Origin: an uncultured Chloroflexia bacterium
GTDB taxonomy: Bacteria > Chloroflexota > Anaerolineae > JAAYZQ01
Direction: 5' to 3'
Length of the DNA: 64,000 nt
NCBI GenBank assembly: GCA_963700285.1
Contig: CAVOXA010000010.1
Span: 1,984,001-2,048,000 of the forward strand
Every line of letters begins with the position of its first letter. The stretch's first letter is position 1. This document shows positions 11,278 to 21,919 of the stretch, in pieces. The notes beneath the pieces were generated by a model that was not told where the DNA came from, did no database searches, and saw only the letters and a program-made list of their open reading frames with translations. The position numbers and the translations under genes are program-made.

Positions 11278-11669
11278 GTCGACGAACCGAACGATGGGGT
11301 TCACATTTCGGTGGGAGAGCCGCCAGTGCCTGGGCCAGGTGTTGTGCCGCGAGGTGTGATGCTCGATCGATGCAGCAGAATGCTCGGCCATGGTATTCTC
11401 CGTGCCTCTTCACGAGGAAAGCGCAACCATGTAACTTTGTCGAGCCATACTCGAGTTTAGATGCAATTTCCCCACTGGATTGGTTCCTGTGCCAGCGATT
11501 TGAGCTTGAGGCAAAGATCTGGCAGGTTTGGGCCGGACCGGCAGTATCATCCGACCGTGTCGCCCTTGGATGACGCAGATTCCTGCAACCGGTGCAACAA
11601 ACCTGTCAGATCTGATCACATTCAGAACTCCCGGTCCTTGCGCCGCGCAGGACGAGCTAGGCACATCTG

Positions 11670-11698
11670 TTGACAGTCTATTCAGTCTGGCGTACAAT
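11670..11698 (+). promoter_or_regulatory. Sigma70 promoter for the Zn-ADH gene
   Basis: TTGACA, 17 bp, TACAAT; RBS AGGAGG before GTG 11741. Confidence 0.7.
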
Positions 11699-11740
11699 CA
11701 GCCAGAATCCCTGGGACAGATGGTGGACAGGAGGTTAGCC

Positions 11741-12778
11741 GTGAAAGCGCTCGTCAAATATGCCAGCGGGGAGGGTAATGTCGACCTCCTTGATGTAGCT
11801 GAGCCAACTCCGGGACCGGGTCAGGTCAAAATCGAGGTGAAAGCTGCCGGTGTCTGCGGTTCGGACCTGCATATCTATCACGACGAGATTGCCATCTCCG
11901 TCGAACCGCCAGTCATCATCGGACATGAGTTTTCAGGGGTAGTTGTCGGGGTCGGCAGCGGTGTTAAGGATCTCGGCGCGGGCGACCGGGTTACCTGCGA
12001 GACGACGGCCTGGTCCTGTGGCCAGTGCCTGCAATGCCGCCTAGGGCACCACAATATGTGTGCCAACCGCAAGGTCGTGGGTTATGCTGTGGATGGCTGT
12101 TTTGCCCGGTATTGCCTGGCCAACGAGCATCAGGTCCATCTTTTACCGGACAATGTGGGTTTTGTTGCTGGCGCCCTTACCGAGCCGTTGGCCTGCTGTG
12201 TTCACGCCGTGCTCGAGTTGACGACCATATCGGCCGGCGACGTCGTGGTCATCACCGGCCCTGGTTCTATTGGTCTGCTTTGCCTTCAACTGGCCAAGAC
12301 CAGCGGTGCTTTTGCGGTCATGTGTGGCACTTCCCAGGATGCTGGGCGGCTGCAGCTGGCTCAGGAGTTCGGTGCGGATCTAGTCGTCAACGTCGAGGCC
12401 GAGAATGCACTCGATCTTGTTCACGGACTGACCAGTTCACAGGGAGCCGATCTGTTCTTAGAATGCGCGGGAGCACCACCAGCCGCTCGCCTTGGCCTGG
12501 AGATCACGCGTCGTGGGGGACAATATACCCAGGTTGGCCTGTTCCCGGGTCCTTTTGAACTAGATTTCGATACAATCGCCTATAAGGAACTTCGGGTCAC
12601 TGGTTCCCTGGGCCAGCGCCGGACCTCCTGGGACCGTGCACTCGCTCTCATGGGGCAGGGTCGTGTGGATACCGAGGGTCTGGTTCGCTGTACTCTGCCC
12701 CTCACCCAATGGCGTGAGGCATTCCGGCTCTTTGAGGAGAAGGAAGCCCTAAAGATCGTCCTGGAACCTTTGGGCTGA
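11741..12778 (+). CDS. Zn-dependent alcohol/polyol dehydrogenase (paralog of 2664-3704)
   Basis: GVCGSDLH, GHEFSG, CGQCLQC...C and GPGSIG; intact ORF. Confidence 0.9.
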   Translation: MKALVKYASGEGNVDLLDVAEPTPGPGQVKIEVKAAGVCGSDLHIYHDEIAISVEPPVIIGHEFSGVVVGVGSGVKDLGAGDRVTCETTAWSCGQCLQCRLGHHNMCANRKVVGYAVDGCFARYCLANEHQVHLLPDNVGFVAGALTEPLACCVHAVLELTTISAGDVVVITGPGSIGLLCLQLAKTSGAFAVMCGTSQDAGRLQLAQEFGADLVVNVEAENALDLVHGLTSSQGADLFLECAGAPPAARLGLEITRRGGQYTQVGLFPGPFELDFDTIAYKELRVTGSLGQRRTSWDRALALMGQGRVDTEGLVRCTLPLTQWREAFRLFEEKEALKIVLEPLG

Positions 12779-12868
12779 GGGCTGGCAGACTGGCAGGTCA
12801 AGCGATAGCACATTACGTCCCGGGATTGACCACAGCGGCAGTTCCTGGCCTACCATACTGCCGCAACG

Positions 12869-13615
12869 CTAGTCGATAAGCAGGCCCCCATTGACGTCCA
12901 AAATCTCGCCCGTGATAAAGCTTGCCTCATCAGAGGCCAGGAATACGACGGCGTTTGCCACGTCTGCCGGCGTGCCTAGCCGCCCCAGTGGGGTCTGCAG
13001 CCGGAAGGCTTCGTTCTCTTCCTCGGAAGCGATCTGGATCATGGGGGTGTCGATGCGGCCTGGGGCCACGGCGTTGACAGTGATGCCGTGGGAACCAAGC
13101 TCCCTCGCCAACTGCTTGGCCAGGCAAATGACACCGGCCTTGGAGACCGAATAGTGGGCGCCGGCTAGCCTGCCCCCAGTTTTCCCAGCCGAAGAAGCCA
13201 TGTTGATGATCCGGCCTTCACCCTGACGGATCATGGCAGGGAGCACTGCCTGGCAGCAGAGAAAAGCCCCCTTGAGGTTCACGGCCAACAGGCGGTCCCA
13301 CTGTGCTTCAGTGATTTCTTCAAAGGGCAAGACCTCGTAGATACCGGCATTGTTGACCAAGATGTCAATCGTTCCCCATTGGTCACATACCTCAGAGACG
13401 ACATCCTGGATCTGCTGCCGGTTGGTCACATCCATCTGGAATGCCCGGGCCTCGCCGCCTGCAGCCTTGATCTTGACCATCGCGTCGTCGAGGAGCGAGC
13501 TATCGATTTCGCACACAGCGACATGTGCTCCCTCCCGGGCGAAAGCCATGGCGATGCCCAGGCCAATGCCACGGCCTGCCCCGGTGACGATGGCCACCCT
13601 GCCTTCCAAGCGCAT
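12869..13615 (-). CDS. SDR oxidoreductase (FabG-like)
   Basis: TGAGRGIG, NNAG, YSVSK and VAPG. Confidence 0.88.
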   Translation of the reverse strand: MRLEGRVAIVTGAGRGIGLGIAMAFAREGAHVAVCEIDSSLLDDAMVKIKAAGGEARAFQMDVTNRQQIQDVVSEVCDQWGTIDILVNNAGIYEVLPFEEITEAQWDRLLAVNLKGAFLCCQAVLPAMIRQGEGRIINMASSAGKTGGRLAGAHYSVSKAGVICLAKQLARELGSHGITVNAVAPGRIDTPMIQIASEEENEAFRLQTPLGRLGTPADVANAVVFLASDEASFITGEILDVNGGLLID

Positions 13616-13675
13616 ATTCCCGACCTCATGCCTCAAGGCTCTGCAAGAGACCTTTCCCGTGCAGCGCCCTCCAAG

Positions 13676-14056
13676 TTATTCTTCTATCAGGTGATCCTGT
13701 CTGTATTTCTCCGGGATGAAGGGAGGAGCAACCGCAGAGACTACCTTGAGTATCTCTTCCCCATCGTTGATCAATTGGTGGACGGCTTTTGGTGGTACGT
13801 AAACAACCATACCGGGCTCCAAAGGAGCTTCTTCGTCGTCTACCAGAATCCGGCCCTTGCCCGACACACAGTAAAAGACTTCTTCCTGGTCGTCGTGGGC
13901 GTGGGCGTTGCTGAGAAAGCCCGGGTCAACCGAACTGGTACCCAGCCACAGGTACCGGCTGCCCATGTTTTCGGGCGTGACCAGATGCCGGATAACCCGC
14001 TGATGCGGCGGCCCAATGCGGTCGCCCTCAACGTCTTGCTCGCGAATGTATTTCAT
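13676..14056 (-). CDS. Cupin-domain protein
   Basis: HAHDDQEEVFY...G...VPPKAVH metal-binding cupin motifs. Confidence 0.85.
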   Translation of the reverse strand: MKYIREQDVEGDRIGPPHQRVIRHLVTPENMGSRYLWLGTSSVDPGFLSNAHAHDDQEEVFYCVSGKGRILVDDEEAPLEPGMVVYVPPKAVHQLINDGEEILKVVSAVAPPFIPEKYRQDHLIEE

Positions 14057-14110
14057 TGTTTTACCCCCTTACCATCAAGATCTGTCGCTTTTGGGAAGCT
14101 AGCCGTTCAA

Positions 14111-14250
14111 ATCGATTATCGATTATCCCATCTTCCATTTTAGCTTTTTTTGTCGAGGTGTCAAGTAGGTAGTACCTTCATACAGGAATTGTCATTCACT
14201 TGACAAGAATCGAAATGGTGGTAGAATATGGGCGGAAGAATCGATAATCG
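14111..14250. promoter_or_regulatory. Divergent promoters (cupin-SDR and gntR), each followed by the ATCGATAATCG operator
   Basis: Minus: TTGACA 14164-14159, TAAAAT 14142-14137, operator 14111-14127. Plus: TTGACA 14200-14205, TAGAAT 14222-14227, operator 14240-14250. Both spacers are 16 bp. Confidence 0.7.
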
Positions 14251-14278
14251 TTTATTGAGAGGTCCATGGAGACCAGAC

Positions 14279-14971
14279 ATGACTTCCAGACAACTACAAA
14301 CCGAACCTGCCCATGAGGGTCAACATCTCCCCCGCGTCGTTCTCAGCGACCGGGTTAAAGAGTACATCGTCGACGCGGTTTTGAATGGAGATCTAAAGCC
14401 TGGAGAGCGCATCGTCGAAAGCTCGCTGGCCCGCCAGCTTGGCGTAAGCCAAGCTCCGGTGCGCGAGGCCATCCGTGACCTGGTACTGCTTGGGTTCTTG
14501 GAGACACAACCCTACAAGGGAACCTCTGTTCGGTCCTTCACGCCTGAGGAGTTGTGGGAGACCTATGCAGTCCGCGCCGCCCTGGAATCCCTTGCAGCCC
14601 GTCTGGCAGCCACCCATCTGACCAACGAGGACGTACGGGCGCTGCAGGATATTCTGGACGCGATGATGCTGGCTGCCCGGCGGCAGGATCGAGATGAGCT
14701 TGTGGAACTTGACAACCGCTTTCACGAGAAAATCCTGCAGATCTCGAGAAACAAAACGTTGTATCAGATCTGGAAGACGCTGCAGTTTGGAACCTGGACC
14801 ATTGTCACATACCGGAAAAGTAGCTACGATCCAGAGTATCTGGCCGCACGTCACGAAGAACTGCTCAAAGCCCTCGAGTCGCGCGATCCAGAAAAAGCAA
14901 TGCACGTAATGCAACACCACATCGAGGACATGGGAAAGCCACCCGATGACATGAATCTTGAAGACAATTGA
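14279..14971 (+). CDS. GntR-family regulator with FCD domain
   Basis: LKPGERIVESSLARQLGVSQAPVREAI wHTH; FCD motifs DNRFH and RHEELL...HHI. Confidence 0.92.
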   Translation: MTSRQLQTEPAHEGQHLPRVVLSDRVKEYIVDAVLNGDLKPGERIVESSLARQLGVSQAPVREAIRDLVLLGFLETQPYKGTSVRSFTPEELWETYAVRAALESLAARLAATHLTNEDVRALQDILDAMMLAARRQDRDELVELDNRFHEKILQISRNKTLYQIWKTLQFGTWTIVTYRKSSYDPEYLAARHEELLKALESRDPEKAMHVMQHHIEDMGKPPDDMNLEDN

Positions 14972-15082
14972 GCCCGAGTTAGTTCTCTGGTCAGCTCGAG
15001 ATCCCCGTCCATCCGCGACGGGGGTCTTTGGGTTTCTAAAGGACATTCGCATGGTGGTCCCAGTCGAAAACGCACCCAAACT

Positions 15083-16279
15083 ATGAATCAAACTTGTACG
15101 TCATCTGGAGATCGCACTCCAGCAGTGACTGGCAGCCGGCGCCTGTTGGTCGGGTTGTACCTCGCAGTGACCTTCCTGTACTTCATGGCCCTCTACCTCT
15201 ATATGCCAACCTTGCCCACCTACGTCGCCAGTAAAACAGGTAACCTGGCTCTAGTAGGCGTCATCCTGGCCCAATTTGGCCTGTGGCAGGCCATCATCCG
15301 GCTGCCTCTGGGGATAGCCACCGATTGGTTGGGCAAGCGCAAGTTGTTCATCATGGTTGGGCTTGTCTTGGCAGGCGTCGGCGCCTGGGTGATGGGTTCC
15401 GCCGATGGCTCGACTGGGCTGTTTGTTGGACGGGCTATCACAGGTGTGGCGGCTGCCACGTGGGTCCCATTGACTGTGGTGTTTAGTAGCCTGTTCCCCG
15501 CTCAGGAAGCCATACGGGCGACCGCAATCCAAACATTCGTGGGCTCACTGGGGCGGGTGACCGGCACTAGCGTTACCGGCTTGCTCAACCAGTTTGGAGG
15601 CTATTCGCTGGCTTTCATGCTGGCAGCTGGCGTTGCAGCGCTAGCTGTAGTCCTGATGTTGCCCGTGCGCAAGAAGCCTCAGCCCACTCGTCGCCCATCT
15701 ATTGCCAGTATTGGGCGCCTGATCACCCGTCGGGATGTGTTGCTCCCTTCTCTGCTTGCTGCTGTCAGCCAATATGCGAACTGGGCTGCCACCTTTGGCT
15801 TTCTGCCGATTCTGGCGGAGGGTATGGGGGCAACCGATGTCATGCTTAGCCTGCTTGTGAGCATGCACATCGGTGTGGTCATCATCACGAACTTGGGAGC
15901 GGCGGGGCTCGTCAATCGCATGGGGGCCAGGCGCCTGGCTCTCATCGCTTTTGTGCTTCTGGCAGGGGGAATCGGCCTGGCTGCGCTGGCGCCCTCGTTG
16001 GCGATCATCTTTGTCGCGCAGTTTCTCATTGCGGTGGCTCAAGGTATCAGCTATCCAGTGCTGATGGGCATGAGCATCCGCGATGTGGCCGATGCCGAGC
16101 GCAACACGGCCATGGGCCTGCACCAGTCGGTGTACGCCATCGGCATGTTCGCCGGTCCGTGGCTGAGCGGCTTGCTGGCCGACGCCATAGGCATTCGGCC
16201 CATGTTTGGCGTGACAGCTTTCGCCTGCCTGGCCCTCGGTGTGTTCTTGATCCGTCTGCTTCCCCCCAAAAAGCAATAG
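15083..16279 (+). CDS. MFS transporter
   Basis: 398 aa, about 12 TM segments, motif-A-like GIATDWLGKR. Confidence 0.9.
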   Translation: MNQTCTSSGDRTPAVTGSRRLLVGLYLAVTFLYFMALYLYMPTLPTYVASKTGNLALVGVILAQFGLWQAIIRLPLGIATDWLGKRKLFIMVGLVLAGVGAWVMGSADGSTGLFVGRAITGVAAATWVPLTVVFSSLFPAQEAIRATAIQTFVGSLGRVTGTSVTGLLNQFGGYSLAFMLAAGVAALAVVLMLPVRKKPQPTRRPSIASIGRLITRRDVLLPSLLAAVSQYANWAATFGFLPILAEGMGATDVMLSLLVSMHIGVVIITNLGAAGLVNRMGARRLALIAFVLLAGGIGLAALAPSLAIIFVAQFLIAVAQGISYPVLMGMSIRDVADAERNTAMGLHQSVYAIGMFAGPWLSGLLADAIGIRPMFGVTAFACLALGVFLIRLLPPKKQ

Positions 16280-16302
16280 GGGCGCGGTAACCGCGCCCCT
16301 AC
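16277..16302. terminator. Perfect GC-rich palindrome (GTAG-type REP-like hairpin) between convergent genes
   Basis: TAGGGGCGCGGT-A-ACCGCGCCCCTA(C). Confidence 0.65.
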
Positions 16303-16318
16303 CAGAGACGATTGGCCC

Positions 16319-17400
16319 CTACCAGGCGTCCGGTCCGTACTCTACGCTCTTTTTCCAGTTCATCCGCTCGCGCCAGTCGGGATAGACGTAGCGGCCCATA
16401 TCCATGTCGGTCGGGTGCTCGTAGCGGGCGCCAGGGTAGAGCGTCACCGTCCGCAGATCGATCCTCTTTTCCTTGGCCTTGCGATTGACAATATACTCCA
16501 GGTAGGCAGGGTCTTCGTCGCAGTTGGCCCAGTTGTCATGGTGCATGGGGATGACGACCTTGGCGTTGAGCGCCTCGCTGATGCGCCACAGATCCCAGGG
16601 TGACATCTTGTCGGTGTAGCCAGGAGCATTGTTGCCCATGTTCATGGTACAGACGTCGACCTTGTACTTTTCGCCGACCATGCGGTAGCCGTTGTGGTAG
16701 AGCGTGTCGCCCAGGAAGGCGACGTTGCCGCCCTCGGTGTTAAAGATGAAAGCTGACGGCTACTTCCTCGAATGGCGCCGGTGTGTCAAATCCGGTCTTG
16801 GTGGCGATGGTGTCAAAGTTGGGCGCAAAGTCGATGCGCATGTCCTCGATTTCGACGTACTCGCCCACCTTGGCCACGATCATCCGCTCCTCGGGGACGC
16901 CCATGTTCTTCATCATCCGCCGTGCCGACTCGGGCGGGGCGATGAACTTGCAGTTGGTGGTCTGTAGGGCGGCGGCGATGGTGTAGAAGTCCATGTGGTC
17001 CTGGTGGTGGTGGGTGACACACACCGCATCCAGTCGCTCGAACTTCCAGGGATCGATGACGTGGGGATTGAGGCGCATCCACCACAGCTTGTCGGCGCCG
17101 CTGGTCCGGCACACGCCGCAGTAGGAAGGGTCGGTAAAGATGCTCGGCCCGGCATAGAGGTCCACGGTGAAGACCGCCCCACCCCGCGACTTGAGCGCCC
17201 ACGACGGCCCGCCGAAATACCACATCACTCCCGTGCCCGGCTTGACGTCGAAATTCTCGATCTCGTAGTTGAGGAACGTTCCCCACTCGGGAAACACCTC
17301 CTGCAACCAGATGTCGCGTGACATCTCGCCGTGGTAGGCCAATCGTCCCACCGTCCATAACACCCATTTCGTCGTACTTGACAACTTGGTCCTTGCTCAT
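16319..17400 (-). CDS. UlaG-like metallo-beta-lactamase-fold lactonase, frameshifted
   Basis: FPEWGTFLNYEIE, THHHQDHMD, GDTLYHNGY, DKMSPWD and IPMHHDNW match the pattern of L-ascorbate-6-P lactonase UlaG. Confidence 0.8.
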
Positions 17401-17491
17401 GCTCGCTTCCTTTCTGTGTCTTCTTTTCTTCAATCACGGATCAAAGCTTGCAACCCCGGTTACATTGAACAGGTACCCCATCTCCCCAAAC

Positions 17492-18361
17492 TTAGCTACT
17501 AGGTAGGCTCAGTATCGCTCGGGCCTCCTCCGGTGCAGCTGGCTCGCGCCCGGCGATGCGCGCGATCTGTACTGCCTTTTCCACCTGGTCCCAGTTTCCC
17601 TTCGACTTGGTCCTGGTCAGCGTGTCGAAGTAGATATTATCCTCCAGCCCGACGCGGATGTGGCCGCCAAAGATGGCGCTGGCCATGGCCACGGGAAAGC
17701 AGTTCGGTCCGGCACCGATACCCTGCCACGTTGAGCCGGGTGGGATCGCGTGAATGTAGCTGTTCACCATGTCTGAATCAAAGCGCACGCCACCCATCAC
17801 CCCAAAGACGAAGGAAAAGTGAAGCGGTGCCGCTAAAAAGTCATAATGCTCAAAGAAGAACAGCGCGTTATGGACATGGGATAGGGCAAAACATTCCAGT
17901 TCAGGTTTGATCCCCCGGGCCTGCATCGTCGTGCCAAACTCCAGCGTCGCCTCAAGTGGATTAAAGTAGGTCTTGTCATGGATGATACTGCCATCCCTGT
18001 AGTTGACCGTGCAAAAGTTCATGGTCCCCGGATTCAAGGAGGCCAACTCTGGCTTGTGGAGTTTGATGGGGCGCTGGCGCTCTTCCAGACTGGATTCCAG
18101 GCTGACGCCAGTACTGAGATTCAGCAAGACTCCGGTATTGTCGCGGATGCCCTGGACGACCTCGGCCATGACCGAGGGGTCGGTTGTAGGCGTGCCGCTG
18201 ACCGGGTCTCGAAAATGTACGTGGACGACTGCTGCACCTGCTTCTTCAGCCCGCACAGCCTCGCGTACAAATTCCTCTGGGGTATAGGGCACATTGGGAT
18301 TGTGCTCCTTCATGGTCATGCTGCCGGACAGTGCCGCGGTGATGATGACCTTCTTTTTCAT
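17492..18361 (-). CDS. Beta-keto acid cleavage enzyme (BKACE/DUF849, Kce family)
   Basis: IITAALSG, GAAVVHVHFRD, PELASLNPG, KPELECF and HIRVGLEDN. Confidence 0.92.
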   Translation of the reverse strand: MKKKVIITAALSGSMTMKEHNPNVPYTPEEFVREAVRAEEAGAAVVHVHFRDPVSGTPTTDPSVMAEVVQGIRDNTGVLLNLSTGVSLESSLEERQRPIKLHKPELASLNPGTMNFCTVNYRDGSIIHDKTYFNPLEATLEFGTTMQARGIKPELECFALSHVHNALFFFEHYDFLAAPLHFSFVFGVMGGVRFDSDMVNSYIHAIPPGSTWQGIGAGPNCFPVAMASAIFGGHIRVGLEDNIYFDTLTRTKSKGNWDQVEKAVQIARIAGREPAAPEEARAILSLPSS

Positions 18362-18372
18362 GCTTACCCTCG

Positions 18373-19329
18373 CTACTCTTTCGTTATCTCACGGATCGCC
18401 TTCAACTGCCGGACAAAGAAGAGGTCACGCTTGCGCAGGATCTCCTCCCGGGCGTCAGGTTCATACTCGTAAAATCCTTCACCGCTCTTGATGCCCAGCT
18501 TGCCCTCTGTGAAGAGCTGGGCAAGGATCTCGGGCATCTCTGCTGCTGAATTGAGCGCGGGAAACAGGTACTGGCCAACATTGTGGAACACGTCCAGGCC
18601 GCCAAGGTCGGCCGTCTCCAGCGGACCAAGCCATGGGTAGCGAAAGCCAACGCCGTTCTTGAGCGTACGGTCTACATCCTCGGCACTCATGATGCCCTCG
18701 GCCACCAAGTGTAGGGCCTCGCGCAACACGGCGTACTGGAGCCGGTTGCTGGCAAAGCCGGGCAGTTCTTTTTGGATCAACACCGGCACTTTACCCAGCT
18801 TTTCTGCGACCTGGTAGATGACATCCACTGTATTGTCCGAGCTTTGCTCGCCACGGACCACCTCAACCAAGGGGACGATCTCGGGCGGATTGGCCCAGTG
18901 CATCCCGCCCACACGCTCCGGATGCGCGCAGGCCGAGGCGATGGCTGTGATGCTGAGCCCTGAGGTGTTTGTGGTCAGGATGGTGTCGGCCGCGCATGCT
19001 GCCTCCATTCTGCGAAATAACGTCTGCTTCAGCGTCAGGTCTTCGGGCACTGACTCGAGTACGAACTGTGCCTCTGACAAACACTCTTCCAACCGCGTCG
19101 TCGTAGCGATTCGTCCCATGGCTGCCTCCGCCTCTCCGGCTGAGAGCAGCCCTTCCTGCACAAACAGGGCCTGGCTGTTCTCGATGCGGGCCACGGCACG
19201 GTCGAGACTTTCCAGGGTACGGCTGTAAAGGACAACCTCATAGCCAGCCTGGGTAAAGCACATGCTCATGCCGGCTCCCATCGTCCCAGCACCGATCATC
19301 GCTACCTGGTGCAAATCCTCAAAATGCAT
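18373..19329 (-). CDS. 3-hydroxyacyl-CoA dehydrogenase-family protein, probably acting on a free 3-hydroxy acid
   Basis: GAGTMG, ESVPEDL..K, NTSG, GMHWANPP, PGFASNRL and GKLGIKSGEG. Confidence 0.85.
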   Translation of the reverse strand: MHFEDLHQVAMIGAGTMGAGMSMCFTQAGYEVVLYSRTLESLDRAVARIENSQALFVQEGLLSAGEAEAAMGRIATTTRLEECLSEAQFVLESVPEDLTLKQTLFRRMEAACAADTILTTNTSGLSITAIASACAHPERVGGMHWANPPEIVPLVEVVRGEQSSDNTVDVIYQVAEKLGKVPVLIQKELPGFASNRLQYAVLREALHLVAEGIMSAEDVDRTLKNGVGFRYPWLGPLETADLGGLDVFHNVGQYLFPALNSAAEMPEILAQLFTEGKLGIKSGEGFYEYEPDAREEILRKRDLFFVRQLKAIREITKE

Positions 19330-19361
19330 GCTTTCACACAAACTTGCTACCCTCCTTTGGG

Positions 19362-20657
19362 CTAGGGCTTTGCCCAGAGTTCCAGCGCTGCCTTCAATTC
19401 AGGGTGAGCGCTTGCCTTTTCGACCAGGGAAAGGCCCTCCACGATAGCGTCGATGGCCTGACGCATGGCCCGTCCTCCAGCCGCGGGGCCGCCGGGGTGG
19501 CCCTGGATCGCCCCGCCGACGGCAAGCATGACGTCGAAACCGAGATCCTCAATGATGCGCGCTGCAGTGGCGGGGTGGATGCCGCCGCCTACAGATGTCA
19601 TCGTCGGCTTGAGATCGTAGAGGGGCATGGTCTGAAAGTGTGCCGTTCTCAGGTACTTTTCGCGGAGCAGTGGGTAGCTGCTATAGATCGAGCCGAACAT
19701 GGCTACGTCCGCTCCGGCCAGGCGGTTCAGCTTGCCCAACAGTAGCGGCGAACTGATGCCGGCCCGTGGATTCTCCACCAAGGTGCCAGCACCGGCATAG
19801 TGGGCCAGAATGGGAATGGTGACTTGGGGATCCTCGGCCACAGCCTGGATGACGCCCAGCCCGGCGGCTGACTGCGTTGACCATGACCATGCCCGCTCCC
19901 AGCTCCTGGGCGCGCCGCGCATTCTCTACTACCTTCTCAGGCCGATCGGTGATGTTCGGGCAATAGACCGCCCGGTGGCCCGTCTCCTCGTAGACCTGGT
20001 CGGCCGCACGGCCATAGGCCGGTCACCCGGTCGAGCATGGCGCTGAATGTGGTATTGCCCAGCAGTTCGTCGTCCTTGATGACGTCAACGCCGCCGCGGG
20101 CTGACTCGGCAAAAAAAGCCGCCCCCACCTCCGGACCAAAACCGGTGCAGGGCTTGATCATATTCAGCAGGATAGGCCGTTTCGGGATGCCCAGGTGCTT
20201 GCGCAGGCCGGCAATGCCGAACTTGGGGCCGCCGAATCCGGCCACAAAGCTGGGCGAAAGGTACAGATCTACCAGCTTGAGCTGTGCGGCGGTAGAGACA
20301 TCGTTGCCCAGCAGGGTCGTGAACAGCATCGGGAACTGGGGGCCAAAGTTGGCCTCGGGAAAGGCGATCTGGACAAAGAAGGAGCGCTTGCCTTCCGGCA
20401 GGTCGGGTTCGAGTTCGACAGGCGGCGCATCATAGATGGCGACGATGCGGCCCATGTGGCGCTCCAGCATCTCACGCGTGACACCCGGCACCGGCGTCCA
20501 GGTACCCACGCTCTGTCCCACGGCAAAGGAGGCAGCCCTCGACGACAATGTCCACGCCGGGATCGGCTTCCAGGTAGTAGGTGGCAATGACGTACTCTTT
20601 GCTGCTCAACTCTTCGCTATAGGCAAAGGCACACGTTGCATCGTCCACGGCACTCAC
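19362..20657 (-). CDS. RuBisCO-like protein (form IV RLP), frameshifted
   Basis: GQSVGTW, FGGPKFGIAGLR, MIKPCTG, GGVDVIKDDE and GGAIQGHPGG. Confidence 0.9.
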
Positions 20658-21808
20658 CTTGTACTCAACCTCAATCCTGAGCTCTGATAATTGATGGCCG
20701 CATCCACCATGGCCACGATGTTCTCCGGCGGCACGTCCTCCTGGATGTTGTGCACCGGCAGCCAGCACAAAGCCGCCGCCGGAAGCCAGGTCGCTGGATG
20801 CGCGACTGAACCTCGAGCCCGAACATCCTCCGACGTGCCCGCAGGCAGCACGCGACCGGTGTCGATCGCCGCCCCAGAAGCAGATGCGGTCGCCAACTCG
20901 GCCTTCAGCGCGGCGGTGTCCATGCCCACCGACGAGACCTGGACCGGGTTCAGGGCGTCGACGCCGATGTCGATGAACTCGTGGATCGAGCGACTTGACC
21001 GCCCCACAGCAGTGATAGAGCACCTTGGCCCCATTCGATCTTGGCCTTGAGCAGATCGATCATCTGCTGGTGGCGGGGCTTGAACAGCCGGCGATAGCGA
21101 TCCAGATCGACCATGGGCCGATCGTGAAAGGCCACGTCGTCGCCGAAGGCGACCACGTCCACGTAGGGTCCCACCTCGTCCAGGACCGCGCCGGCCAGAT
21201 GCCAGCCACCAATCAAGGACCCGGTCCAGCAGGGCGTCCAGGAACTCGGGGTTGAGGACGATGTCCATGAGCCACTGCTCGTAGCCGCGCAGGTACTGGC
21301 TGAGGTGGACAAAGCCCACCGGCAAGCGAGAGGACCACGGCGTAGTCGGTCTCCTCGTGCAGCCGTCGGGCCTGTTCGCGCAGGCCCCGCGTGCCGGCCC
21401 GGATTCGAGCGGGTCGGGCCAGGGGAAGGTGTCCAGGTCGGCCAGCGTCGCCTCGCGGAGCGGGTTGCCCGTCGGCGCATAGTGCCCATCGCCCGCCCTG
21501 CGCCAGACCACGCCGAACTCGTCCGGAAGGAACCGTCCTCGAAATAGACGTCCTGCCAGCCATCGGGGCTGCCGACCAGCAGCGGGCGCGTGTCGGCGTG
21601 CAGCCGTCGGGCAACGCGCTCGTCGAGGATGACGCTTCGCGATTTGCTCTTCATATAGCGCGGTCTCGGCCTCAACGTCCAGGTGCTCCTTCAGCCGCTC
21701 GTAGGCCTAGCCGATGATCGTGCTGAAGGAACTGCCACCGACGTCGATGGGCACGCGGTCCGGTTGGCGATGCTCAACAGCCGCCAGCACCCTCTCGCGT
21801 GAGGTCAT
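20654..21808 (-). CDS. Uroporphyrinogen decarboxylase/MtaA-CmuA-family protein 1, many frameshifts
   Basis: MTSRERVLAAVEHRQPDRVPID, LRGYEQWLMD, FGDD, YHCCG, DALNPVQ and HNIQEDVPPEN. Confidence 0.8.
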
Positions 21809-21919
21809 GTCTCTACCATGGGTTCTCCTTGAGCCAGCTTCTAGCCCTGTGCCTCTTCCCTTCCTCGCCCTGGCTGATCCACACAAAGATACCCCGCTTG
21901 GCAAAGCCAACGGCGCATC

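Noticed and set aside
19362-20657. True RuBisCO / CO2 fixation
   Set aside because: Lys177 and Lys334 equivalents are missing; there is no small subunit or phosphoribulokinase in the window.
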